The position numbers and the translations under genes were made by a program. Under the pieces are notes generated by a model. That model searched no databases. It saw nothing but the letters and a program-made list of their open reading frames with translations, and was not told the origin of the DNA. Source: Lepidodermella squamata (lineage: Eukaryota; Animalia; Gastrotricha). From it: 64,000 nucleotides of DNA. Below are positions 12,081-24,284 of the stretch, piece by piece. The stretch is from the NCBI GenBank assembly GCA_047495785.1, contig JBLDXI010000038.1:124001-188000 (forward strand), written 5' to 3'. Positions within the stretch are counted from its first letter, which is position 1; each line of letters starts with the position of its first letter.

Positions 12081-13842
12081 TTAATCTTTGAACGATTTGT
12101 TCTCGATAAATCGATAAATCATGTCGTAGGCTTCGATAGGTTTGTCAGCCGGAGCAGCGTGACCTGCGTCTCGAATTAGAGCGAAAGTCAAAGTTTCGGC
12201 CTGAACGACGTAGCCGTTGACTAAACGGTCTTTCGACCCATTAGGATCGTCCCGGGTCCAAACAGTCCGGTTGTTACCTCCAGCTGCCGCAAACGCGGCC
12301 TTACCTGGCCAATTCAAATTTCTCATTAGATTGGCTGTAGCTGGCGGTGGTACAATCAAATCGTTCATTCCTGTGTAGTATAAGACTTTGATAGTTGTAG
12401 AATTTAGCAGCTCTTCGACGTAGGGCCGGACGCTCTGAGAGGCGGCTTCCACCAAATGCTTTTTCACTGCTTCTCTCTGCCGATAGTACTTCAACGCGCC
12501 AACATGAAGTTTCATCCTCACATCGTCCCGTTCAACAAATGCCCCGAAATCTTTGTATTCTATTGGCAATTTCTGTATGAAAAAAGTGATAAATTTTATG
12601 GCTAAGAAGCTAGGAGGTAACTTATACCCTGCAATATCGGAAAAAATCAAAGTAGACGAGGCATCCAGAGCTGTTAACGTAAAGGCTGTTGTAAGGGTAG
12701 ACAACGCCGTGATCGATAAGCATGTCGAAAACGGTTGTTGCCTCTCGCCAACGCTCCTGATTGACCAAGCTCAAAAACTCATCTGATCCATTGCGGTAGG
12801 TCAGCAGTTCCGGGTAACTCAGTAGCCCCAGAGAATACAGGTGTTCACCTATATTCGGCACCAGCTGGAAACAAGGTAAATAGCATTTTTCAAAAATGAA
12901 AAGTTTCCAGAAAATCACAAAAACGCAATCACCAATTTTTCGAGGCTTTCAGGAAAGTTTTCCACAAACTATAGGCCTATCCATTGGATGTAACCGCATC
13001 AAAAAATTCCTGATGGTTTTGGAGTAATAGTTGGAAAAATGAGCGTAAAAAAAGTTGCATATGATGCTGTAAAATTTGAAAATAAAATTCTTACTGTTGC
13101 AGGATCACTTAAGCCGTCCCCAACCATGATTCCCATCAGTTGAACAGGACTCGTGCCAGCTTGCATCTCTTTATAAACTCGATGTCCGAAGGCTGGGACG
13201 AAATGGCCTGCAAAAGATTCACCAGCTATGTACAGGCCATTGATAGCTGCATTAGGATACAGTTGCACGAATTGCTTCGTAAATTCCCACAAATGATCTA
13301 CTACGCCATCTACGTCATTTCGGAAGTCATCTTTCGTCACCGTGTAGCTGAACCCAGTGCCGACAGGGTTGTCGATGAAAACCACGTTGTACAAGGTATT
13401 CCATGGAAGTTGATCTCGAAATTTCACGCCCACCGTAGGGTTGCTAGGGTCGATTTCGTACGGACCCATTTCGACGAATTGACCGAATAAACTCGACGAC
13501 CCAGGCCCGCCTTGAAACCAGAAAATCAACGGCGTATTTTCCGCCCTTCTCATGAAAGGGGCGAAGTACCAGAAAAACATTTGGGCATTAGTTGTTTGAT
13601 TCACGGCTATCAGGCCGCTGTAGCTCTCGATGTTAGCACCTGGTATGAGTTGATCATTTCTACTCAGCTCAACCGCTATAACCAAAGAATGAAGAGAGAC
13701 TTCAAAACATTGAAAAATAAATTCTCTTGCCTTCAGCTATTTTTCCAGCATTAATCAACGGAGTGAGAAATAAAGGTTCTCCCGGGTCTGAAAGCACGTC
13801 ACCTAGGATCCCCAAAGTTAGCAATAAGATCTTCAGCAGCAT
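12081..13842 (-). CDS. CPVL: Serine carboxypeptidase S10, CPVL-like, copy 2
   Basis: PLFLTPLINAG; WFQGGPGSSS; FIDNPVGTGFS; catalytic GESFAG, GMND and DAGH. Several intron positions are shared with copy 1. Confidence 0.88.
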
Positions 13843-14003
13843 CGTATTTTTAATTATAATGAATTGAAGATAACAATTAAAAGCTCGGCTATATCTTTTA
13901 TCACCCACAGAAAAAAAGATAATTTTTCGAGGTGCGCATTATTTTTACTATGAATCAAGTAAAAGTGGACTATTATCATTTAATATAACAATAAGTATCA
14001 GCA

Positions 14004-16173
14004 TCAGACATTTATTGTTCCTACTTCAGCCATTAATTCTTCCGGTTTAATTGAGGCATTAGTCTTGCTGTGATGATGGCTTTTTGCAGGCTTAGTTTCG
14101 GAATGACTCGTAGATTTCGCCTTATGTGACTTGGGAATCGGGGCGATGCTATTATCTTTGTTGGCCAAGCTATCGGAATCGACGCTGCCATTAGCTGGCG
14201 CAGATAATCGCATGCTAATACCATCCGTCGATTTATTGTCAGGTTCAGCGGCCGAGGCGTTTGACTTGGACTTCGAAGCCCTACTTTTGCCGCCTTCGTG
14301 CTTAGATTTTCTATCCTTCGGCGTGTCAACCTTATCAGCCGCGCTCTTACTCGAAGCTGATATAGCTGAATGCTGACTGACACTTGCCTTTATCTGGCTA
14401 TGCGACGAACCAACCGCATTTGCCGAAGCGCGAATGCTGGCAATTAAATCGCTGCCCTTCTGTTCGATAGCTGCGGAGTTTCTCGCATCTGCGGCGACGT
14501 CGTTGCCGCTGTTCTGCGAGAATTGTTGTAGCAGGGCCTGGCTGGCATTGCGCCGCGCGATTTCGGCCGCCGCGGCTCGAGCAGCTGTTGAAAGAAGGAC
14601 CCCTCAACATTATGGAACAAGAACAACGAAAAAAAAACATGCTCAAACTCAACATTCAATTAATATTGTGCAAGAGAAAGTAACTAGAAAAGCTAATAGT
14701 GCAGATTGTTGTAGTAAAATTAAATTAATCTCAAAAACGTTGTTTAAAAAGCAAGCGTCAAGACTATCAAAAGTGCAGTTGATATTTATAGGCTATAAAG
14801 TCATTTACATGCTGACTGTCTTCTTTTAACTTTCATGCTTCTGTTAAATTCTTAAGTTTTAAAATAATATTTGCATCACAAAAGCTAAGCTCATGCAAGT
14901 GCATTGTATGGCCTACCTGAAAGCGTTTTCGAAGTTATTTTTGAGCCGATCAAATGCGATTTCAGCTTTTGAGTAATGAATTTAGGCCGCAAGTCTTGCG
15001 ATTTGTATAGCCACGTCCAGGCTGAGGTAAATGAAAGAACAACACAGATCCAGGCGAGCACGAACGACCAACCGAATTCGTAAGTTCGAGCCGCTTCTAT
15101 CACCTCTTTGTAAGGGACATCTTCAGAGCGAATAAATTCGCGTAAATGAATTAGGTGACATTTCGCGTGGAATAACGCAATTGCAACGGTGTAAGATATG
15201 CCTAATATAAAAAGGCTTATTTTTACGAGAAAAACTCGATTATTTAACTCAAAAATCGAACCTGCACCCAGTGAGGCGAAAGAAGCTGTGAGCAAAAGAG
15301 CCCGGTGCTTGACCGAACTTCCATAAACGCCGGCTGAAAGATTAACCAGCATTGAAGCCAGGGCTAACAACGCGAATGCAAATGCAGCGACTTCCAGATC
15401 TAATAAAAACGCGTTATTAAAGTTGAGAATTTGAGGTATCTTACGTTGAATGGCAGGGACATCATGGTCTTCATGGCTAAAGACAAAATGACAAGCGGAA
15501 TGGCCCATGTTCAAACGTGCTCTTACACCGGCTGTGATTACAAAAAAAATTAATAAAAAACAGACCCATGAGATAAGCGCTCACATTCTAGGTTATCACA
15601 ATCTCTGAAAAGATTCCCGTACTCGCGGAACAAAACAAGAAAGACGACTTCGCCGCACATTTTGTTGTTATCATTCGCGATCGAGCAATTCGGAACGCGT
15701 CTGAAGTAGGTTTTCTTCATGAGGCAGGGCGGCTCGTAGATGGTCATCTCGTACTCCTGGAAGAAGGCCGGTGGTTCGTTGACGGCCGGAACCACTGGGT
15801 TATTTTTATTCCGGCCCGGCTTTGTCACGCCATTCGGCGCCGCTGTTGTCGTAGTCTGCACCTTTTGCCGCACTTTGGCCGCATTCTGAAGCAGGGACCC
15901 TTCAATGTTGTAATACCGGGTGTGGTTTATCACAATGTAAGAATCGGTGTCAGGTACTTTGATCAAATCGGTCTGTAAAAATTTGAAAAGTCTACATTTT
16001 AAGGTGGATTCTACGCCCATCCTTACCGGTTTTCCCCTCTGCCGTATTTTTGTCTCAATTTCCGTTTTGTTGAATCCGCGGTACTCCCAGTAATCTGTCG
16101 CTAGGCTTATGACCAGCAAGACGGTCAAGTTACCTGCCAGGATGATGGTACTGTATTGAAGAATGTCGAGCAT
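14004..16173 (-). CDS. Claudin/PMP22-superfamily tetraspan protein with long Ser/Lys/Ala-rich C-terminal exon
   Basis: TM1 plus ATDYW, GNLFRDC...C extracellular motif, three more TMs ending FGWSFVLAW. Introns 15973-16026, ~15533-15583, 15400-15444, 15202-15261 and 14585-14916; the last joins an open 14004-14584 exon in phase 1. Confidence 0.78.
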
Positions 16174-17123
16174 GGCTAATTGTCGCAGTCGCTGCGGTCG
16201 CGGTTAGAATTTGTCAAGAATCTAGCATGATTTTTTAGCTGCAAGAAGCGTCGCTATTCATCATTTTTGTCAGTAATAATCTGTGAATGCGAAAATTACA
16301 ACAATATAAAGGCACAAAGGCGCGACGGCCAAGAGCCGATCTCTTTTTTGTGTGTGACGGAATTCGGTAATATAGTAGCGGTTGAAAGTATAGCCCGCAG
16401 TGCCGCGTAATGCGACAACGAGTAGGCGGAGGATGAGCAGCAAGCGTGCGGCAAACGATGGTTCTTGGGCAGCATTTGGCGGGCGCGACTCAAAAATAAT
16501 AATAATAATAATAATTTACACAGCGCCGGCGATGGCTGAAAATTCGATGCTAGGACCGAAAATTGTTTTATTGTGCACTATTTTGAGAGCGAGAGCTCGC
16601 GACGCATCGATTTTTCGCTGTTTCCTTTGCTGCTCGGCCGCTTCTCGCGTCTATATTTTCGCCATGCCGATTCCTTTTTTTTGCCTTGAAATTTACAGAT
16701 GTCCGCGTGTTGTGCGCTGAGTGCGCTGTTGTTCTGCGCCGATGTAATAATAATACATAATAGTAATGAGTAAATAGTTCTTACCAAACACATAGCCGAT
16801 TATATGCATCTATACACGTCCGTCTAAATGATTTGGTGATTTGGCGCGCTTTTTAACGGGCCGAAATGTTCCTCTTCACCCAACGACTCGCCGTCGATTA
16901 AGCAAGGCGAGAAAGTAAGGAAAACAGACAAAAAGCGATCCTGATCACTCATATTTCAGCTTTATTCTACGTAATTAAGGCGTGCAATTTCAGCTTTTAA
17001 AATCATTTTCTGACGTAGCGCAACAATATTTAGTGTAAAACATGCGTGATAGAAGATTTAAGTGTTCGATTACGTCGCCAAGTTAGGGTTAGGTTTCAGA
17101 TAAAGGTCTAACTTCAATTATAT

Positions 17124-17681
17124 TCATACACTAATCATCGCCAGGAGGGTGTTCTGGCACTCGGGATTTCCGCTCAGAAAGATCACGAACATAAGAGAAA
17201 TAGCTGCAATAAGATGAATCATCGAGTATGGAGAGGAAGCGCCTCCCTTCAACGGACTCTGGTCCACCTTGGCAGGCGCTGCTGGGGGCGGTAAACAGTC
17301 TTGCTTATCAAAGCTATTGCACATGTCGCTGCAACAAGTACAAACCGTAGATGTTCCGTTGTACTTGCCGATTTCTAACGGGACACCAGTCGTACGGTTG
17401 TTACACGGTACGGTTTTATCGACTTTTTCACAATCGAACATTGCAAACGCCAGCTTCGCGCTTGTCACTTTGATCACCTAGGTATACGAGAAAATTAGCT
17501 GTAAAAAACCTTAAAATAAAACGTTGGCTGTCACCAAGCAGGCAAGGCATCCAGTTGTTTTCGATGAGTTGTTGGGCAATTCCGGATAGTTGAAAGTTCC
17601 ACTCGTGCAGTCCAGAGAATAGCCAACAGCCCAAAAAGCAAATGATGCAATGCAAAGGGTTGGCAAAGTTATAGCGGTCAT
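17124..17681 (-). CDS. Ly6/Quiver-like GPI-anchored Cys-rich protein, copy C
   Basis: MTAITLPTLCIASFAFWAVGYSLDCTSG...GCLACL|...CTCCSDMCNSFDKQDC, Pro/Ala spacer, hydrophobic tail. Confidence 0.8.
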
Positions 17682-17996
17682 TCTCTGCGAATTTTCTCGA
17701 AAACTCAGGCATCACTGATGAAATTTTACATTCGAGGGCCAAGTTCGTGACTTTTATTTATAAATATTGAATGAGTCCCTTCGTTTTGAATTGAAAAAAT
17801 CTTGTGTCTCGCTAGATTAGCACGCAATAGGGATCGCTCAAAAATGCGAAAATTTCGCGGTTGGGAATCGAAAAAATACGAATCGCACTTGCGAGAATTG
17901 AACCGAAAAATGAGTTCCGAAAAATGTTATTTTATTTGCTAACATACTTTACATTAATTTTTAACATATTTTATACAGATTTGACGCTGCCTCCTA

Positions 17997-18542
17997 TCAA
18001 GTGAATAAAGCAGCAATCGCTAGGCTGAGCAATGAAGATGATCCTAGGACCCAGTTGTAATAGGCACCTGCAGGCCGATTCGCATCGCACCTGGTGGCTG
18101 TTTGGTTGACCTGTTGTGGCTGCGGCTTAAAGACACACGCGCCCTTCTCGACGCTGTTGCACATATCAGAACAGCAGTAGCAAACGTGCGATGTCCCATT
18201 AACGTTATCATCGTTCGGAGGCGTCGCAACGTTTGACAGTGACTGTTCTTGGCATGGAACTTGAACATCCTTGACGCAATCGAAACTAGCGATGCTTGAA
18301 TTGTCCGCGTACACCGTTTTCCCTACCTGTAGAATTGATCACCCTGAGAGGCTACAAGTCTAACAAAATGTTGGAAATATTACCACGCATAGCGTACAAC
18401 CAGAGTCTTTCCCCATGTTAACGTTACTAAAACCGGTGATATTGGAGTAGATGACGGCTCGATTGCACTCTAAACTCGACACTGTCGCCATAATTGCGAG
18501 AATAGGTACCACCCATTCCATAGCTAGTTCGAAAATCGACAT
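17997..18542 (-). CDS. Ly6/Quiver-like GPI-anchored Cys-rich protein, copy D
   Basis: Signal peptide, LECNRA...GCTLCV|...CYCCSDMCNSVEKGAC, hydrophobic tail. Confidence 0.8.
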
Positions 18543-18674
18543 TTCCTCGATAGAAGAAACTTTCGAAACTTCAGATGAGAAAAAGAAAGCGATTTACAAC
18601 ACTAATTGTTTATTCGTATTTTTTCGCATTCGATTAGTTTGGCTCATGAGAATTTCGCAATTAATTTCTGAGAA

Positions 18675-19122
18675 TTAGAACAAGAAAACTAAGGGGCTTA
18701 GCATAATAGCGGCCGTGATCAAGCTCGAGGTAGCAAATCTAGCGCCGCTATTTTTGCACAACTTCTCCGCCGAATTGCATTTGTCTTTGCAGCACGAGCA
18801 GTAGTAGTAGTTGGTGTTGACGCTCGACGACGTTTCGCTACAAGCATCTTTCGTGTTGCAGCTTAGCTCGATTTTCGTAAACAAGTCTGTCGTCAGCTTT
18901 TTATACTACATACAAAACAGAGTTAAATCGAAGAAAAATAGCCTGATAAGATCGCTATATTACCTCACAAGCGCTGCAGCCTGTAGCGACGACGATTGAG
19001 GAGTTGGCGTATCCGGGTAAAATTTTGCTCATGACGAAAAGATCGGCCGTATTGCAATCGAGGCTGTCAACTGCGGCCAACAAGGCGCCGATCGAGATAA
19101 CGAAAAAGATTTGCTTGCTCAT
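18675..19122 (-). CDS. Ly6/Quiver-like GPI-anchored Cys-rich protein, copy E
   Basis: MSKQIFFVISIGALLAAVDSLDCNTA...GCSACE|YKK...CSCCKDKCNSAEKLC, GPI-type tail. Probable 5'UTR intron (donor ~19236, acceptor ~19127). Confidence 0.8.
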
Positions 19123-19481
19123 GATTCTGTAGAAAAATAAAAGGTATACACACCCGCTTGTATTGTGTTCAAAAGGGTTTTTTCAGCTTCTGAACGTTGA
19201 GCGACAGCTTTTTAAGTGGTTGATGTATAGCCTTACCTGTGATGACTCAAGCATTCTTGAGCGCAGCGTCAGCCAGGTGTGAATGGGGATGTAGCAGCTA
19301 TACAGTAGGCTTAAAACGTTATGACAAATGCATCCTATTGTTTGCTATAAGCTTTTTATGATTCATATCGATCTTATAAAAGGTTTGAATGATTTAAAAA
19401 AACCCAGCATTGTTTGGTAGGCTTTGAAGGCTCTGGAAACGATAAAGTCTGGATTTTTTGCCGCCTTAAAGGATTAAAATT

Positions 19482-19782
19482 AGGTCCTCCTGTCACCGGA
19501 ACCAAATGTACGGTGAGCGGAACCACATTTTGGAATGTTCATTGGGCCTAAAACCAATTTTCTGAACTTCCTAAAAGATGTTTCTATAGACCGTCGTAAT
19601 TATAAATAAATTTATAAATGTATAAATTATTTATAAATTCAGCGTGTAATATTCATTACAGGACGTTCACTTCAGAAATTATATGTTGTCCCAAATTCTT
19701 AGAATATTATTTGAAAATCAACATTTGGCACATTTCGAGTTAGGTTCCGCAACAGAAAATTTGGTTCGGCTAAAAAGGTTCT
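19482..19782. mobile_element. Degenerate fold-back element (old MITE)
   Basis: Left arm ccggaaccaaat...gcggaacc matches the reverse complement of right arm ggttccgc...atttggttcgg. Inner arms tgaacttcct / aggacgttca, and a quasi-palindromic AT-rich centre at ~19598-19639. Confidence 0.5.
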
Positions 19783-20123
19783 GATAAAAACTATTTATAA
19801 CGATTAATTGGGTCGATTAAAAGGGGGAAGGAGATGAATTATACGGGTTGCTCCTAGCGAGTTATTAGGCTTCATAATTCCATAATTTCAGGATTGACTA
19901 GGATCGTATCATCTAATTATACACCGCTCAATTTGAGACATTATAAATAGAAGAATATTTTCTGAGATTCTGTTTTATTCTCATATAAAAATGATTTGTT
20001 CACATTTTTAGTAAAATAACAGAGCAATCATTATTGGCGTGACTGAGTAAATAAATGCATTTTGCAAAAATATTCAAGTATAAAAATTTCGAGACATCAT
20101 TAAACTAGAGCTATTGGATTGAT

Positions 20124-20570
20124 TTAGAGCAGAAGTGCCGTTGCAAGGGCGACGAGAAGAGCTGCGCTAGCGGCCATTGATTGTGCGTCACTGGCTGCGC
20201 TTCGAGATTCCAGAGCTCTGAGGATGTTGCACTCGCCACGGTTGATGTCATTGCAGAAATCAGAGCAGCAGTAGCAGGCATAGGTCAAGGCAGTAACGTT
20301 ATTATCAGCCGGGGCAGGGATAGAAATCATCTGCTCCTGGCATTTTGAGTCGTCCTTAACGCAGACGTAGTCGATAGCAGCGACGGTGTTGCCATTCTTC
20401 ATTGTGCCAATCATGCACATAGAGCAACCGGTTTCTTTCGTCATTGTCTGATTGGTAGCTCCGGGCAAGTTGCCATACACAACGGCTGCTTTGTAGCAAT
20501 CGAGGCTGCTAACGGTGGCGAAAAGAGCCGAGGCTGAGATGATAAGAATCATGGTTGACGAGGCAGACAT
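20124..20570 (-). CDS. Ly6/Quiver-like GPI-anchored Cys-rich protein, copy F (intronless CDS)
   Basis: Single ORF: signal peptide, LDCYKA...GCSMCM...CYCCSDFCNDINRGEC, GPI-type tail. Confidence 0.85.
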   Translation of the reverse strand: MSASSTMILIISASALFATVSSLDCYKAAVVYGNLPGATNQTMTKETGCSMCMIGTMKNGNTVAAIDYVCVKDDSKCQEQMISIPAPADNNVTALTYACYCCSDFCNDINRGECNILRALESRSAASDAQSMAASAALLVALATALLL

Positions 20571-21185
20571 GATGAGTTGATTTTAGTTGTTGAGACTTGT
20601 TCAAGTTGATAAAAACTTATTTAGTTGAGAATGATGTTTAACCAGAAGCGGGTGAGTCGTTTTTATACCATCGCAAGTGATTCGGTCGACAAAAATGCGG
20701 TTTAAGCTCTCCGCCCGCCTACCTTACTTTCATTCTTAATAATAGAAATAGCGATGAATTAAAGCGTACGGTATTTTTTATAGAGAGCGTGACGCAGGTC
20801 GCGTTATGATTCATCGCCATTTCGAACTTATTCATTACGCGGCAAGAGGCAGTAGGGAGAAAAAACGCGCCGCATGAGAGTAAACAACGAAACAAAAAAC
20901 ATTCTAAAGGTGGGAAAATAAAAAAACACTTAAAACCAAATGTGCGAAACCGTCTCTTCACGTTTCCAAAACCGATTCGCGTTATATGGAAAATCAAATT
21001 ATTTCCGTTATTTTATTGAAATATTGTTTATTTTGATCCGCTTGTTTACATCCCATTCAAGAAAACATGAATAACGAAATTACGAGTTTATTATTAGTAT
21101 TCAGTCATGAAATCAAAGTAGTTTTCATCGGGGTCATATCAAACTATCAAAGAATCATGATTTTTTGATCGGTCCTGAACAGAGT

Positions 21186-21650
21186 TTACAGGAGACGTGC
21201 TGCAACAACAATGGCCGCCGAAATTGTGAGGAATCCAGAAGCTGCTGTGGTGGCTCCTGTACCCTTAGCCGTTGTTGTGGCAGGTGCCGCCGCCGAGCAG
21301 CCCTTTTCGAGGGTGGCGCAGAGGTCCTTGCAGCAGGTGCAGGTACCGCTCTGGTTCTGCTCTTGACATGCACTTTTTGTTTGGCACTGAAGAATGTTTT
21401 GCGTATAGTCTGGATTTACAAGACCCTTGATATTCTATAAAACAGATTCGGATTACATGGATCGGTGTTATATACTTCTATAATTTACCGTGCAGGCGCT
21501 GCAGTCCTTTTTGACAACCACTGTTACGTTGGTTATGCCCATCGTAATTTTCGTACCAGTGTGAAGCTGCCCTTCGTAGCAGTCGAGCGCGTTAACTGCC
21601 GACCAAGTCGCCATGAGCAGCGTTGAGGCGAAAATCACAGTCGAGTACAT
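21186..21650 (-). CDS. Ly6/Quiver-like GPI-anchored Cys-rich protein, copy G
   Basis: MYSTV...LDCYEGQLHTG...DCSACT|NIKG...CTCCKDLCATLEKGC-AAAPATTT...AARLL*. Confidence 0.8.
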
Positions 21651-22097
21651 TTCGGTAAAATGGGCCAACTAAACAAATTTAATAATTGAATATAAAATGT
21701 GCTGCAATTATTCGAAATAAATCGTTACAGGCAGAATTTCACGCTACCTTGGCTTTAATGATTTTTACCTAGGCAAACAAAGCGTGATATATTTCGAGCT
21801 GTAATATTCTGTGGTTGAGTTTTCAGCTGTTAGACCTTTCTCGGTGGCTGGGGTTTTTTCTGCATTTAGACCGTTTTTTTTATTCATACGTGTGACTATA
21901 AATCTAGCGTTTAACCAGCCATATAGCGTAGTTGTCAGCTGAGCGACACTTGACAGCATTGTGGTCTGTTAATTTCGCTGCTTCTCACGCAGTGTGATAT
22001 ACTCATAAAAAATAGTACTCCATCGGGATCATTAATCAAACAAAAATAATTAATCATGGTTTTTGATCGTTCCAGAATGTAAGCATATAGCGATATT

Positions 22098-22564
22098 TTA
22101 GATCAGACGCGCTGCGACGACTAAGGCCGCCGACATAGTGAAGAATCCAGCTGTCGCCGTAGTGGCTGAACCTTTAGCATTGGGGTTAGCTGCATCGCAG
22201 GCCATTTCGAAGTTGGCGCACACATTTTTACAGCAGATACAAATTCCATTCATGTTATAGTCGGAACACTCCTCGCTGGTTTTGCACGTTAGGAATATAG
22301 AAGTGAACTCGGTAAATTCACGCTTGGCATACTGAAGTTTCAAGACGAAAACAGGCGTCATTCAAAGACTATATATGTTTAGGTTTTTCTATTCATTACC
22401 ATGCAGGATTTGCAATCATCTCTAACTACAATAGTCACGTTGGCTACGCCCTGCGGAATTTTCTTTCCAGTGTGGAGCTGTCCTTCGTTGCAGTTGATCA
22501 GCGCGTTAACTGTTGACCAGGTCAGCGTCAACAGTATCGAAGCGCCAAGTGCAGGCTTGAACAT
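22098..22564 (-). CDS. Ly6/Quiver-like GPI-anchored Cys-rich protein, copy H
   Basis: MFKPALG...INCNEGQLHTG...DCKSCM|...CICCKNVCANFEMAC...AARLI*. Confidence 0.8.
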
Positions 22565-23217
22565 GACTGATGATTGATGGAGCAACAAAATAATTTATCT
22601 AGGCAGTTAGATTAAAGCAACATAAAACACGCGATCGTGTACATTGTACTTAGTAATGAGAACAGCCTGAATTTCGAAACTCATTTGACTGAATAAATAA
22701 AGAAATTAGTACAATTATTTGAAATAAATAATTTTATGCTGCCTCAGCAGTTGAAAGGATTTTTACCAAGCGCAAACAAACGCAAATTAGCGGACTGTAT
22801 CACGCCAGTTATTTCGAAATATTTTTTCCACCGTTCGACATTTTTCTGTGGCTATTTGACCGTTTTTTATTCATATACGTGTGGTTAAAAATCTAGAATT
22901 TAGCCAGCCATTGCGTAGTAGCCAGCTGGAGCGACAATTGACAGCTCGTTGTTGGCGCTACTTCACATCGTCTAGCGGCGGTCTTACGCCTTGGTAGTAC
23001 AGATTGGCTGACAGAATATCAGTCAGCACTGCGCGGGCGGTGTTGCTACTTTTTCAAGCGCTATCCCCTATGAAAATTCATCTCATATTATATCTAGTTA
23101 TAATATGGGAGTTATCATGACATAAGGTCTAGATCCTCAATATGAAAGTTCTGCCAATCCCAGCAATATTTCCCCTAAAACGCTTTTATATTGCAGTTTT
23201 TATCAACTAGCGGTACC

Positions 23218-23252
23218 AATCAGCAATCAGCAATCAGCAATCAGCAATCAGC
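23218..23252. repeat. (AATCAGC)x5 tandem repeat
   Basis: aatcagcaatcagcaatcagcaatcagcaatcagc read directly. Confidence 0.9.
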
Positions 23253-23857
23253 CGTTGAACTCTCCCAAAATTTCATGCTAGGACATGTGCAAGCTTACCA
23301 CAACACCGCCTTTTGCCAATAGGGTTTAGAATGGAAAACGGCATGCTGGTCATTCGGAAAGTTCCAAGCTTTACGGTGTCTCTATCAGAAGATGCATGAC
23401 CATCTCGAAGGATTGCGCTCATCAGTATCTCTAGACACCAATTACTGCAACTAGCTAATATTCGCCACTCTGAGCTATCTTGAAGTTATAAGCAGTATCT
23501 ATGTTTTCGGAAATGATAGAAGTGTCATGCAAGAGGAGGTTGGAAACCAAGTCGACTCAACCCTTTTGTGAACCTATTCAACGATGGTGATATCGCTCCG
23601 TTTCCCGAGACAAATAACCAAGTTGGAATCAATATAGGAATGGGATTTAAAAAATTCCCCAAGATTCATAATTTTATTCACGTATCTCTGACTGAAATGA
23701 GAAAAATGACAATTTAGATGGACAGAGAAAGGCGCTAACCACCAGACCTACAAAGCATCGGAGATATATTTCGGCTGCGATGTCCGGCCCACTTACTTTC
23801 ATCATGATCATAGGCGATGAAAATAAGAAGCGACTAACGTCAGTGAATTTAGTTTTT

Positions 23858-24284
23858 TTACATCAAACGTGCAGCAGCGAAGACGGCAGAGACGGTGAAG
23901 ATGAGAGCGGCTTGTTGCGTGGACGCCGAAGAGCAAGCCTTGTCGAAGGTTGCGCACAGGTTCTTGCAACACGTACAGGATCCGCTCTGGTTCTGCTCAA
24001 CGCACTTGTCAGCATCGACGCCACAAGAAAGAACATTCTGCATGTAATCCGCGTTGCCGTTTTTCATATTCTATTCAAATAAGTTCTCATAAATAAATTA
24101 ATTAAAGGGCAAGAAGGGTTACCATGCAGTACTTGCAATCTTTCTTTGTCGTCATTGTAACGTTCACGATCCCCATGGGAATCTTAGTCCCGGTGTGCTG
24201 CTGCCCTTCATAGCAGTCGATGGCGTTAACTGCTGACCAAGTAAGAACTATCAGCATCGAAGCAGCAACAGCAAGCTTGAACAT
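23858..24284 (-). CDS. Ly6/Quiver-like GPI-anchored Cys-rich protein, copy I
   Basis: MFKLAV...IDCYEGQQHTG...DCKYCM|...CTCCKNLCATFDKAC...AARLM*. Confidence 0.8.

Noticed and set aside
23218-23252. Short repeats as a CRISPR-like array
   Set aside because: Simple 7-bp tandem repeat without spacers, in a eukaryotic context with no cas genes.
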